Made by a program: the position numbers and the translations under genes | Notes under the pieces: generated by a model | Database searches by the model: none | The model's input: the letters and a program-made list of their open reading frames with translations, nothing else | Told to the model about the DNA's origin: nothing | Source of the DNA: Heterodontus francisci | Taxonomy: Eukaryota | Length of the DNA: 64,000 bases | Assembly (NCBI RefSeq): GCF_036365525.1 | Contig: NC_090399.1 | Span: 23,260,529-23,324,528 of the forward strand | Direction: 5' to 3' | In this document: positions 32,371-45,259 of the stretch, piece by piece | Position numbering within the stretch: the stretch's first letter is position 1 | Layout: every line of letters begins with the position of its first letter

Positions 32371-33274
32371 CCTGGTTACCCTCTTGCTCTTTATATACGT
32401 ATAAAAAGACTTGGGATTTTCCTTAATCCTGTTTGCCAATGACTTTTCATGACCCAAATGCTTCCTTTTTCTTTTTGACTAGGTTCGCAATATCCCGCAT
32501 TATCCAAGCTTCCCAAAACTTGCCAAACTTGTCTTTCTTCTTCACAGGAACATGCTGGTCCTGGATTCTAATCAGCTGACGTTTGAAAGACTCCCACATG
32601 TCAGATGTTGATTTACCCTCAAACAGCCGCCCCCAATCTAAATTCTTCAGTTCCTGCCTAATATTGTTATAATTAGCCTTCCCCCAATTTAGCACCTTCA
32701 CCCGAGGACTACTCTTATCCTTATCCACAAGTACCTTAAAACTTATGGAATTATGGTCACTGCTCCCGAAATGGTCCCCCACTGAAACTTCGGCCACCTG
32801 GCCGGGCTCATTCCCCAATACCAGGTCCAGAATGGCCCCATCCCTAGTTGGACTATCTACATACTGCTTCAAGAAGCCCTCCTGGATGCTCCTCACAAAT
32901 TCTGCCCCATCCAAGCCCCTAGCACTAAGTGAGTCCCAGTCAATATAGGAGAAGTTAAAATCACCCACCACTACAACCCTGTTACCTTTACATCTTTCCA
33001 AAATCTGTCTACATATCTGCTCCTCCACCTCCCGCTGGCTGTCGGGAGGCCTGTAGTAAACCCCCAACATCGTGACTGCACCTTTCCTATTCCTGAGCTC
33101 CCCCTATATTGCATCGCTGCATGACCCCTCTGAGGTGTCCTACCGCAGTACAGCTGTGATATTCTCCTTAACCAGTAATGCAACTCCCCCACCCCTTTTA
33201 CATCCCCCTCTAGCCCACCTGAAATTTCTAAAACCTGGAACATTTAGCTGCCAATCCTGCCCTTCCCTCAACCA
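32371..33274 (-). mobile_element. CR1 ORF2 5' part (endonuclease), 5'-truncated host of the ERV
   Basis: ORF 32447-33070 with YRPP, GDFNF, LDLVL, SDHN; GHEKSLANRIKENPK next to the LTR. Confidence 0.88.
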
Positions 33275-33642
33275 GGCAGGAGCGGGGTGCGGGACGTACA
33301 GGGGGCAGGGAGAGAAATGTGAGATCTGCAGGGCTAGGGAGAGAGTTGTGAGATGTGCAGGCGGCAGGGAGAGGGGTCTGGGGTGTGGGACAAGCATGGG
33401 GTAGGGAGAGGGGTGTGTGACGTATAGGGGGAAGGGAGAGGGATGTGGGACATACAGGATGCAGGGGGAGGACCGTGGAATGGACAGGAGGCAGGGAGAG
33501 GGGTGCGGGATGCACAGGGGGCAGGGAGAGGGGTGCGGGATGTACAGGGGGCAGGGAGTGGGTTGTGGGACGTACAGGGGCAGGGAGTGGGGTGTGGGAC
33601 GTACAGGGGGCAGGGAGTGGGTTGTGGGACGTACAGGGGTTT
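33275..33642 (+). repeat. Distal remnant of the G-rich minisatellite
   Basis: Same GGGGCAGGGAGAGGGGTGCGGGA units resume after the CR1/ERV insertion. Confidence 0.88.
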
Positions 33643-33844
33643 GGAAGGTCCTTAACAGCCTTTCTGTCTCATTTCCTCGCAGTATGTTTGCTTCAGAGTA
33701 CTCATTCTTATCCTGAAATTCTCCAGTGGCCTCGGTTCACCCAACCTCCGGTCCTCTCTGACCTGTCATGCACTCTTTGCTCTTCCCAGTTCCAGTCTGC
33801 TGCCTGCTGAGTGTTTCCCCCTCCTGTATTCCGCCATATTCTGC

Positions 33845-36440
33845 CTCTGGAACAGCAGTGGGCTATTCAGCCTATTTTGCTATGCAGTAAGATCATGGCT
33901 GATCTGTGATCAAAGTCCATATACATGCCTTTACCCCATTTTACACTTTGTGTCTTTGGTTATCTCTCCTAACTTCTCGCTTCCACCTCTCTGCTGTTCC
34001 TTCCTGGGAACTTGCTACATGTCAGGTGCTGCATAAAGTAAGTTTGATCCTCATGGAATCATAGTCATTACAGCACAGAAAGAGGCCATTTTGCCCATCG
34101 AATCCATGCCAGCCCTCTGGAGAGCAATCCAGTCAGTCCCATCCCCCCATTCTATCCCCATCGCCCTGCAAGTTTATTTCCCCTAAGTGCACGTTCAATT
34201 TCCTTTTGAAATCATAGATTGTCTCTGCTTCCACCACCTTGGTCGGCAGCGAGTTCCAGGTCGCTGCATAAAAAAGTTCTTTCCTCACATCCCCCTGCAT
34301 CTCTTGCCTAAAACCTTAATCTGTGTGTCCTAGACTTTGTACCAACAGTTAATGGTAACGGCTTTTCTTTGTCTATCTTATCCATAATCTTGTACACCTC
34401 TATCAAAATCTCCACTCAATCACCTTTGTTCCAAGGCGAACAAACCCAGCTTCTCCAACCTAACCTTGTAACTAAAATCCCTCATCCCTGGAACCATTCT
34501 GGTAAATCTCCTCTGCACCCTCTCAAGGACCCTCACATCCTTCCTAAAGTGTGGTGACCAAAACTGGGCACAATACTCTCGTTGTGTCCTAACCAGAGCT
34601 TGTAAAGGTTTGGCATAACCTCCCTGTTTTTGTACTCAAAGCCTCTATTTATGAGACCCAAGATCCCATATGCTATACGAACCACTCTGTCAATATGTCT
34701 TGCCACCTGCAAAGACCTATGGAAATGAAACCCAGGTCCCTCTGTTCCTGCACACTCTTTAGAACTGTACTATTAAGTCTAGATTGTCTTTTCCTATTTC
34801 TTCTTTCCTATATCATCTCTCACTTCTCTATATTGCATTCCATTTGCCTCTTGTCCGTCCATTCTGCTAGCTTTTCTGTGTCCTTTTGCAGTCGATTGGT
34901 ATCATAATAATTTACAGTGCTGCAGGAGGCCATTCGGCCCATCGAGTTCATGCTGGCTCTCCATGGAGCTGTGCTGTCAGTCACACTGCCCGGCTCGATC
35001 CCCACAGCCCTATAAGTCTGTTTCTCTCAAGTGGCCATCCAACCTCCTCTTGAAGTCGTTGATCGTCTCAGCTTTCACCACCTTGTGGGCAGCGAGTTCC
35101 AGGTCATTACCAGCTACTGCATCAAAATCTTCTTCCTCATATTCCCACTGCATCTTTTGCCCAAAACTTTCAATCTGTGTCCCCTGGTTCATATACCATT
35201 TGTTAATGGGAACAGCTTTTCCTGTCTAACTTATCTAAGCCTGTCATAACCTTGGACAGTTCTATTAAATCTCTCTGCAAACTCCTCCTGTTTGCCACAT
35301 CTCCAAGCTTGGGATCGTAAGCAAGTTTTGAAATTTTATTCTGTATTTCAATAACAAAGACATTTATATATATGTATTTAAAAAGTAGTTGTCCTGGACC
35401 GACCCTAGGGGAATACCATCTTACTAGTCTACCATCAACCAGTCTGAAAAACAACCATTCACCATGACTCGCTGATTTCTGTCCTTTAGCCAATTTTTTT
35501 ATCCAAGCTGACACTGGCTCCATTTCATGAGTCTCAAGTTTGTTAACTAGTCTTATGTGCTACTTTGTCAAACGCATTTTTAAAATCCATATCAATGACA
35601 TCCATTACTTTTCCTTCATCAACCTTCTCTGCTACTTTATCAAAAAATTCAATTAGATTAGTCAAGCATGATCTGCCTTTTAAAAATCTGTGCTGGCTAT
35701 CCTTAATTAACTCAAATCTTTCAAAGTGTCTGTTTTCTTTTCCTGATTATTGTTTCTAAAACCCTACACACCACTGATGTTAAGCTATCAGAACTGCCCT
35801 TATGCCCTTTCTTGAATAGGGGCGTCAGATTTGTCACTCTCCAATCCTCTGGCACCCCTCCCGTATCTAAACAAGATCAGAAGATTATGGGAAGCCCTTC
35901 CGCTATCTCCATATTTTAGGAAGAATATGTTTGCCTTGAAGGCAGTACAGTTGAAGTTTTACTAGATGAGAGGGTTGTCCTATGATGTGAGACTGAGTAA
36001 ATTGGGCCTGTAGTCTCTGAGGTTTAGAAGAATGAGGTGAAACATTGAAACATACAAGGTTCTGAAGGGGCTTGATAGGGTAGAAACTGAGAGGCTCCCC
36101 ACACCCCCACCCCCCACCGCCCTCCCGGGCTGGGAAATCTAGAACATGGGGGCATAGTCTCAGGGTAAGGGGCCGATCATTGAGGTCAGAGATGAGGAGA
36201 AATTTCTTCCCTCACAATTGTGAATCTTTAGAATTCTCTACCCCCAGAGGGTAGTGGATGATCAATCGTTTAATATATTCAAGGCTGTAATCGACAGATT
36301 TTTAGGCTCTTGGGGATTTGAGGTTTATGGGGAGCAGGTGGGAAAGTGGAGTTGAAGCCAGCGATCAACCATTATCATATTGAATAGTGGAGCAGACCTG
36401 AGGGGCCATATGGTCTACTCTTGCTCCTATTTCTTATGAT
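33845..36440. mobile_element. Cluster of degenerate CR1 fragments (mostly -, last +)
   Basis: Repeated CR1 tails (GGCCATTCGGCCCATCGAG) and RT remnants (DFKNAFDKV, FNIEKC). Confidence 0.7.
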
Positions 36441-36514
36441 TTTATGCTACATTAATTAATCATTAATCTACACAAACCTATCCTTACACAGCTCACTGAC
36501 TGTTTCTCCTGCAG

Positions 36515-36610
36515 GAAAAATTGGAACAAGCCATCGACTTCCTCGAGTCCCAGAAGCAGCAGGCCTGTCAAAGTCAAAGCCAAGAAGAGGCAAAGATTTG
36601 TAAAGTAAAG
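36515..36610 (+). CDS. TRIM-B exon 2 (coiled coil, 96 bp)
   Basis: CTCCTGCAG|EKLEQAIDFLESQKQQACQSQSQEEAKICKVK|GTGAGT. Confidence 0.92.
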
Positions 36611-36939
36611 GTGAGTGTCATATCTTTACATGTCTCATCATTTGGCTTTCTAGGTGAAGGATTCTTTGAGCAGAAGATTTGCAGTGGACCCGAATATTCC
36701 AGTCTCTGGAATGCGCTTCCTTACACCTTCAGTGTCTGGTGATTAAAATCCATTTGGATTAATTGGAGCAGGGAATAGTCCTTTGTCTATACAAGCAGCG
36801 TCTCTTAGTATGCAGCCCAGTGACTGGTGATCTTCAAACAAGTCATTTCTTCACTCCAGCAACAGTTTAAAATCAATGTTCATATGACAAAATCAATATG
36901 CCTCATTCTTGGCGGGTGGGGGTCTGCATGACAGCAGGA

Positions 36940-39360
36940 AAAGTTGACCAGGCTGTTTAAAAAAAGCATATGGAATCCTTGATTTCAGAAGTGGAGGCAT
37001 ATTTTTGAACCAAAGAAGGATAAGTTTGAGTATTATTTAAATACTGAAAATCTAGGAACAATGGATGTCAGAAAGAGATTTGGGATTCCATATACACAGA
37101 TCATTGAAATGTAGTAGTCAAGTACAACAAAAAACAATGCCTAATGCATGTTAGCCTTTATAGCGAGAGGCTTAGAAATGACAGGAAGGACATCTTGCTG
37201 CAGCTGTGCAAAGCCCTGGTTAGACTGCATCTGTACTGGGCTGTGCTGTGTACAGTTCTGGGCACCACACCTTAGCAACGATATGTGGCTTCAAAAGGAG
37301 TGCAGCGTAGATTCACCAGAATGTTACCAGGGTTCCAAGGGTTAGATTACAGCAAGAGGCTAAACTAAGTCTGTATTCCCTGGAATGTAGAAGGTTAAGA
37401 TGTGATTGATTGAGATATTTAGGATTTTGACAAAATTGGTACGATAGAGAGAAATTCTCTCCACTGGTGGGGGAGTTTAGAACAAAGGGACATAAACTTA
37501 AAGTGGCAATCGGTGTGTGGTGCCGGAGAACATAGGTGAGGTTTTTAAATGATTACTTTTCATCTGTGTTCACTATGGAGAAGGACAGTGTAGGTGTAGA
37601 GATCAGGGAGGGGGATTGTGATGTACTTGAACATAATAGCATTGAAAGGGAGGAAGTATTAGCAGTTTTAGCAGGCTTAAAATTGGATAAATCCCCAGGC
37701 CCAGATGAGATGTATACCAAACTGTAATGTGAGGCAAGGGAGGAGATAGCGGGGGCTCTGACACAAATTTTCAAATCCTCTCTGGCCACAGGAGAGGTGC
37801 CAGAAGACTGGAGAACAATGAATGTGGTACCATTATTTAAGAAGGGTAGCAGAATTTAAACCAGGTAATTACAGCTGATGAGTCTAACATCAGAGGTTGG
37901 GAAACTATTGGAAAAACTTCTGAAAGACAGGTTTAATCTCCATTTGGAGAGGCAGGGATTAATTAGGGATAGTCAGCATGGCTTTGTCGGGGGAGATCAT
38001 GTCTAACATATTTGATTGAATTTTTCAAGGAGGTGACTAGGTGTGTAAATGAGAGTAAAGCAGTTGATGTAGTCTACATGGACTTTAGTAAGGCTTTTGA
38101 TAAGGTCCTGCATGGTAGGTTGGTCAAGAAGGTAAGAGCCCACGGGATCCAGGGCAATTTGGCAAATTGGATCCAAAATTGGCTTAGTGGCAGGAGGCAG
38201 AGGGTGATGGTCGAGGGTTGTCTTTGATTGGAAGCCTGTGACCAGTGGTGTACCGCAGGGATCGGTGCTGGGACCCTTACTGTTTGTAGTGTACGTTAAT
38301 GATTTCGATGTAAATATTGGAGGTATGATCAGTAAGTTTGCAGATGACACGAAAATTGGTGATGTTGTAAATAGTGAGGAGGAAAGCCTTAGATTACAGG
38401 ACGACATAGATGGGCTGGTAAGATGGGCAGAGCAGTGGCAATTGGAATTTAATCCTGAGAAGTATGAGGTGATGCATTTTGGCAGGACTAACAAGGCAAG
38501 GGAATATAGAATGGGTGGTAGGACCCTAGGAAGTACAGAGGGTCAGAGGGACCTTGGTGTAGTTGTCCATAGATCACTGAAGGCAGCAGCACAGGTAGCT
38601 AAGGTGGTTTGGAAGGCATATGGGATACTTGCCTTCATTAGCCGAGGCATAGAATATAAGAGCAGGGAGGTTATGATGGATCTGTATAAAACGCTAGTTA
38701 GGCCACAGCTGGAGTACTGTGTACAGTTCTGGGCACCACACTATAGGAAGGATGTGATTGCACTGGAGAGGGTGCAGTGGAGATCCACCAGGATGTTGCT
38801 TGGGCTGGAGCATTTCAGCTATGAGGAGAGACTGGATAGGCTGAGGGGGACCTGATTTGAAGTATACAAAATTATTAGGGGCATAGATAGGGTAGATAGG
38901 AAGAAACGTTTTCCCTTAGCTGAGGTATCAATAACCAGGGGGCATTGATTTAAGGTAAAAGGCAGGAGGTTTAGAGGGGGATTTGAGGAAACAGTTTTTC
39001 AACCAGACGGTGGCTGGAATCTGGCACACACTGCCTGAAGAGGTGGTAGAGGCAGGAACCCACACAACATTTAAGATGTATTTAGATGAGCACTTGATAG
39101 CCATAGCATACAAGGCTATGGGCCAAGTGCTGGAAAATGGGATTAGAATAGATAGGTGCTTGATGGCCACACGGACACAATGGGCTGAAGGGCCTGTTTC
39201 TGTGCTGTATAACTCTATGACTTCATAACTTGAAAAGGAAAAAAATTACAGAGCGCTGGGGAAACAGCAGGAGAGTGGGACTAATTAGATAGCTCTTTCA
39301 AAGAGCTAACACAGTCTCAATGGACCGAATGGCTGCCTCTTGTGCTGTGCGATTCTATGA
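36940..39360 (+). mobile_element. CR1 fragments including a 5'-truncated copy ~37505-39222
   Basis: KSPGPD, DFSKAFDKV, GVPQGSVLGP, FADD, CR1 tail at 39180-39222; frameshifted. Confidence 0.85.
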
Positions 39361-39574
39361 TTCCTGCTGCTGCATTAGTTCTCGGTGTTAACTTGTTTAT
39401 CATTTATTTTACCCTGAATTATTATAAAAATTGACATAAAGATCAAAAATCGTGAACACACAAAATTTGAGATAAAAATAGAAAATAGCAAATGGCGACA
39501 GCAAATAAAAGGGGTATGAGAGACATAGTATATAGTATGTTTTTTGTGTTTAGGGAACTGGCTAGATGGCACTT

Positions 39575-39950
39575 TGGGGGAGGCGGTGATGTAATGGTTC
39601 TGTGACTGGACTAGTAATCCAGAGCCTGGAGGTATGGGTTCGAATCCCACCATGGCAGATGGTGAAATTTGAATTCAATTAATAAATCTGGAATTAAAAG
39701 CTAGTCTAATGTTGACCATGAAACCGTTGTTGATTGTTGTAAAAACCCATCTGATTCACAAATGTCCTTTAGGGAAGGAAATCTGCTGTCCTTACCTGGT
39801 CTACATGTGACTCCAGACCCACAACAATGTGGTTGAGTCTGTGCTCTCTGAAATGGCCCAGCAAGCCACTCAGTTCAAGTGCAATTTGGGATGGGCAGTA
39901 AATGCTGCCTCGTCAGCGATGCCCAAATCCCACAAACAAATAAAAAAAAA
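39575..39950 (+). mobile_element. tRNA-derived SINE (third family)
   Basis: GGTGATGTAATGG / GGGTTCGAATCCC boxes; LINE-type tail and A-run; second copy at 41255-41660 (-). Confidence 0.7.
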
Positions 39951-40404
39951 ACTTGCTGTTCCCATGCACGCTAATGCAGGAAATAACGAGCCACGTCCAT
40001 TCGACTCGCGACAAGTAAGCTAAAACTTTGGGTGGGCTTCATCCTTTTGTAATCTCGTTTTACCTTTGATCGGAAGCGACTGAGAGCTCACCTCATACAG
40101 GCATGTAGTAAATAAATTCACCAGCATCGAAATGGTGTATCCTGAACTGAACAATACTAAGCTGTGACAGCAAGACTTCTGGGCACAGATTCAAACTGTT
40201 GAAGATATATTTAGGACTGACATCAAAATTCTCTTCACGCAGAGCCCTCAACACGGAGTATGAGCAACAGGTAGGGTAGTAAAGGGCAGCTTCTGGAATC
40301 ATTCAGGAAATAGTGGTGGTCTTCCTGAATCAGTGAGCCAAGGGTGGTCTCCTTCATCCAGATCTTGCATATTTAACCTTCCTATTGACTAATTCTGCCA
40401 AGTT

Positions 40405-41080
40405 TCATAAGAACAAGGAGTAGGCAATTCAGCCCCTCGAGCCGACTCCGCCATTCAATACGATCATGGCTGATCTCATCTCGGCCACAACTCCACTTTC
40501 CTGCCTGTTCTCCATAACCCTTCAATCCATTTCTAATTAGAAATCTGCCTATCTCCTCAAATTTACCCAATGTCCTGGAATCCACCGCATGCTGGGTCAG
40601 TGAATTCCACAGATTCACGACCCTTTGAGAGAAGTAATTTCTCCTCATCTCTGTTTTAAATCTGCTACCCCTTATCCTAAAACTATGACCTCTCGTTCTA
40701 GATTGCCCCACAAGAGGAAACATCCTCTCTAAGGGGATTGACAAAGTAGACATAATCATCTTATGTACCTCAATTAGATCTCCTCTCATTCTTCTAAACT
40801 CCAGAGAGCAAAGGCCTAAACAGCTGAATCTCTCTTCATTAGACAAACCCCTCAGCCCTGGAATCAATCTAGTGAACCTCCTCTGAACTGCCTCCAATGC
40901 AACTACATCCTTTCTCAAGTAAGGGGAACAAAACTGTACACAATACTCCAGGTGCGGTCTCACTAATGCCTTGTACAGTTACAGCAACAATTCCTTACTT
41001 TTATATTCTATTCCTTTAGCAATAAATGCCAAAATTCCATTTGCCTTCCTTATCACCTGCTGTACTTGCAAACTAGGGTA
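40405..41080 (-). mobile_element. CR1 3' fragment
   Basis: ORF 40382-40963 RPHLEYCVQF...FSQRVVNLWNSL. Confidence 0.85.
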
Positions 41081-41254
41081 CGTTTCTTGGGTACATTCTC
41101 AGCCACATTGTTACTGGCAGGAACAAACTGTGAGAAACTTGCAATCCTGCACCTCATTGATAGCATTGATCTGTGAGATTAATTTGTTTTTTTTATTGGT
41201 AATGATTCCACGGTAAGGAAGTGGTAGTTCCTCTTCAGTTCACCTTGGTATTAT

Positions 41255-41660
41255 CTTTTTGATTCTTTCATGGGATGTGGGCATCACTGGTAAGGCCAGC
41301 ATTTGTTGCCCATCCCTAATTGCCCTTGAACTGAGTGGCTTGATAGACCATTTCAGAGGGCCGTTAAGAGTCAGCCACATGGCTGTGGGTCTGGAGTCAC
41401 ATGTAGGCCAGACCAGGTAAGAACAGCCGATTTCCTTCCCCACCTAAAGGGCATTAGTGAACCAGATGGGTTTTTATGACAATTGATGATCGTTTCGTGG
41501 CACCATTACTGAGACCAGCTTTCAATTCCATATTTTCAATTAATTGAATTTAAATTCCACCAGCTGCCGTGGTGGGATTTGAACCCGTGACCCAGAGCAT
41601 TAGGCCTGGGCCTCTGGATTACGAGCCCAGTGACATTACCACTATGCCACCGTCTTCCCC
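41255..41660 (-). mobile_element. tRNA-derived SINE (same family as 39575-39950)
   Basis: Reverse-complement similarity; GGGTTCAAATCCC B box. Confidence 0.65.
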
Positions 41661-41964
41661 CGAGGGAAGGTGGATGGATATTGAGAAGGTAGATGGATAG
41701 ATTTATTTCTATGTTTTTCATTTGATTTTATTTGACGGCTTAGTAGAAAGAGGTGGCTCGACTGTGGTGTCCTCCAGGGTCCAGTGCCCTGCTGATGCTG
41801 TCTGCCCTGGGTTACATGTGCAGGGTACCATCTGTCAGCTTGTGCTTGTAGAACCGTAATTCCAGCTGTGCCTTTCAGTGGGGAGGGTAGGCAGGGGGAA
41901 ATTAAGAGCGAGGGTGAGACGCAACACATTTGCAGTGTGATTCTACCAGGTCATTTTCACCCAG

Positions 41965-42198
41965 GAACAAGGCAAAATGCTGAAGGAGCAGGTTGAGGGC
42001 GATCTGGTCACCATCTATCAATTTCTAGATGCGAAGAAGCAGGAGCTGGAGTCGAAGATTGAGGAGGAGGTATGCAGGACCATCGAACCCGTGCAAGAAA
42101 ACCTGGTGAAGATCCGCCAAGAAACCTCCACGATTGAGCGAGTCATCCTGGATGTGCAAGTGCAGCTGAGTTTCAAGGAGCCACTGGAGCTGCTTCAG
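41965..42198 (+). CDS. TRIM-B exon 3 (coiled coil, 234 bp)
   Basis: TTTCACCCAG|EQGKMLKEQVEGDL...EPLELLQ|GTGAGA. Confidence 0.92.
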
Positions 42199-42329
42199 GT
42201 GAGAGGCAGGTCTGAGCATGCAAACCCCGCCCCCCCCCCCCCCCCCCCCCCCAGCCCCTCTTTCACCTGTGTTGCTCTTTGTTCACTGTCTCGTGGGCTT
42301 TGGGGAATTTTTACTGGATGAGAAAAGAA

Positions 42330-43275
42330 AAGAACGAGCGTGCATTTTATATCGCAGCTTTCCCGACTCGGTATCCTGAACGTTTTACCGTTAAAAGTGC
42401 AGTCACTTACAATGTAGGAAACGTGACAGCCAATTTACACACAGCAAGCTCCCACAAACAGCAAGGTGATAATGACCAGATGTAGTTGAGAGGTAAATAT
42501 TGACCAGGAGGAGAACTTCGCCCCCTCCCACCTCCACCCAGTATGATGGTATCTTTTAAATCCACCTGATAGGGCAGGCAGGGCCTTGAGCTAACATCTC
42601 ATCTAAAAGACAGCGCCATCGGCAGTGCAGCACTCCCTCAGGATGGCACGGAAGTGTCAGCCTTGTGCTCAGATTTCTGGAGAGGGGCTTCGACCCTTGA
42701 CCACCTGATTTAGAGGCAAGAGTGATACCCACTGAGTCACAGCTGACACCTGAGCTGCATATATTCCCTGCAGGGCATGTGATATGTGTCATTGTGCTTG
42801 TATAAGTACTGACCATCTGCATCATCAACTTCCTTTCTCCCCTGCTTCAGTAATCTGCCTCAGGCCTGAGTTCAGTAGGGTTCCCCTTGCTGCAGTGCAG
42901 TGACATTTCCAGTTCCTAAATCAGCCTTCCTTATGGCCTCCTGGAGTAAAATTGCCAATCTGTTCCAAATTATATATTGAGGGCAAGTGCTGTGGCCCTC
43001 TCACCTCTGACCCCAGTAGACGTCAAAGATTCCACGGCAATGTTTCGCAGAAGAGCAGGGGAGTTATCTCTGGTGTGCTGGCCAATATTTATCCCGCAAT
43101 CAGCATCGCAAAAACAGGTTATCTTATTATCACATTGCTGCTTGTGGGAGCTTGCTGTGTGCAAATTGGCTGCTGTGTTTCTACAGTACAACAGTGACTA
43201 CACTTCAAAAGTAGTTGATTGGCTATCCAGTTGTCATGAAAGATGCTATATGAATGAAAGTCTTTTCTTTCTTTA
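42330..43275. mobile_element. Two DeuSINE copies (- 42330-42750; + 43010-43275)
   Basis: Shared TCACATTGCTG..GTGGGAGCTTGCTGTG core. Confidence 0.6.
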
Positions 43276-44723
43276 ACCTATCCATCGTGAAACTGACGGG
43301 ATCAGGAGTAACGCTGGTTTTATACCTGCCTGATTTTACACCCTATTGAACTAAGTGGGGAGTAATATGCACTGTCATGAATCCCTGCCTTTTCGGTTCT
43401 TTAGGTATCCTGGCCAACATTCCTCCCTCAACAAATACAGACAGAAAACATGATCTGCTGGTCATTCATCATCTTGCTGTCTGTGGGAGGCGGTTGTTTT
43501 TGCTAAAGTAACATTCACTGCACCTCAAAGGTATCTCATGGTGTGACTGTTGCCTGCGTTTATGGAACAGAAGGAGGCCATTCACCCCATCAAGTCCACG
43601 CCGGCTCTCCACAAAACTGTGTATTCAGTCCCACTCCCTGGCTCGATCCCCTAGCCCTATTGTGACTATTGCCAGGGAAGAGGAGCCTTTCACTGCCATC
43701 AGTCTGCGCTGCACACATAGCCAGCTTGGCAGCCACTCCACTAACCAGTATTAGAGCGATGTTTTACCATGTCAACGGTGCTGTATAACAACTTCTTGTA
43801 TGTCCGTGCATGGGGCTGAAGGTGTGTATAGCTGAGGCTGTGAGTATATATGGGTGAGGTCTTGGATAGTTATTCAGTTACTGTACCCATTTGTGTGTGT
43901 GTGTGGGGCACTGGGATCTGGGAGAGTCAATCAATCACTGTTGCTATTCTGAGTGTGCGCATTGGTGAGGTTTAGGGTAGTCATTCAGTTGCTTCCCTAT
44001 TCTGTGTGCTTGTGTCTGGGAGGGGCTCTGTGGTCTGGGATGAGTCTCGGTGACTCTTCTGTTTCTGTGTGTGCTGGGGGGAGAGTTATTCAGCTCGTGT
44101 CCCTATTCTGTGTGCGCACGCGCTTTTGGGGGGTCTGGGAGAGTCTCAGTTACTGCCCCTATGTATGTATGTGTGGCGGGGGTGAGGGGTGATGATGCTG
44201 GGGTCTGGGAGAGTCTCAGTTACTGTCACTGCCCTGCTGACTCGCAGGGAAAAGGCTGAAGCTTTGCTGCTATGGTTTAAGCTATCACCAGAGCTGTTTG
44301 ATCAAGTTACTGCCCTGTACCTCCCCCACAGTCAGCTGTTACTCTGTCCTTGCTCTTCATTATATGCGACTGTTGGGGGGAGGGGGGACAGGGGTGTCTT
44401 GTCCCTAATCAACCTGACACGCAAAACAACATGGGAATAAAATGACCAATTGTGTTTTAAAGCAAGCATCACCATTTTGCTTTTGGACTGTACACAAACT
44501 GAAGCAAGATCTTTCCCCAGTTCTCTTCCTCCACCACAGTCACCCTGGAGTCCTGCCAGCCATACACATGACTGTGACAGTTTCAGACTGTTGCTATATT
44601 TGCCTTTTGACACTGCACAAGAACAAAGGCTCTTTCCCAATGGGGCATGTGTGCAGAGCCAGTGAGAGCAACTCCAACCTGTATTTTACTGCAGTTGCTG
44701 CAAGACTCATTACCCAAATCCAA

Positions 44724-44818
44724 CCACACACACACACACCCAAAACCACACACACACACACCCCAACCATACACAAAACAGACACACACACTCTATCTCT
44801 CTCTCTCTCTCTCTTTCC
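44724..44818. repeat. (CA)n/(CT)n microsatellite
   Basis: Direct inspection. Confidence 0.85.
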
Positions 44819-45259
44819 CCACCCACACCAACATCCCCAGGCACATCCACCCCAAGTCCTTTAGGCTCAAGCCCTCCCGGGCACATGCTTCTGCTCCAGC
44901 CCCTGGGCACATTGAAATAGAATCACAGAAAGTTTAAGGCACAGAATGAGGCCACTTGGCCCATCGTGTCTGTGGTGGGTGTCCCTTCTCACCAAGTCAC
45001 ACTGTGTGCTTTTGACCTATTTTTGTGCCCTTTCCTTTTGAGCTCCTCCCCTTGTTCCACTCCTCTCACCTCTCCTTTAAGATCGATATTGTCTACTGCT
45101 CCCTCCAAGCTCTTGCCCTGGTCTCACTGAGAAATCCCAGCTCTTTTCCTTTCTCAGCCATTGCACTAATGAATAGATAGGTGCTTGATGGCCAGCATGG
45201 ACACGAGGGGCTGAAGAGCCTGTTTCTGTGCTGTATAACTCTTATAACTAAAATACCTC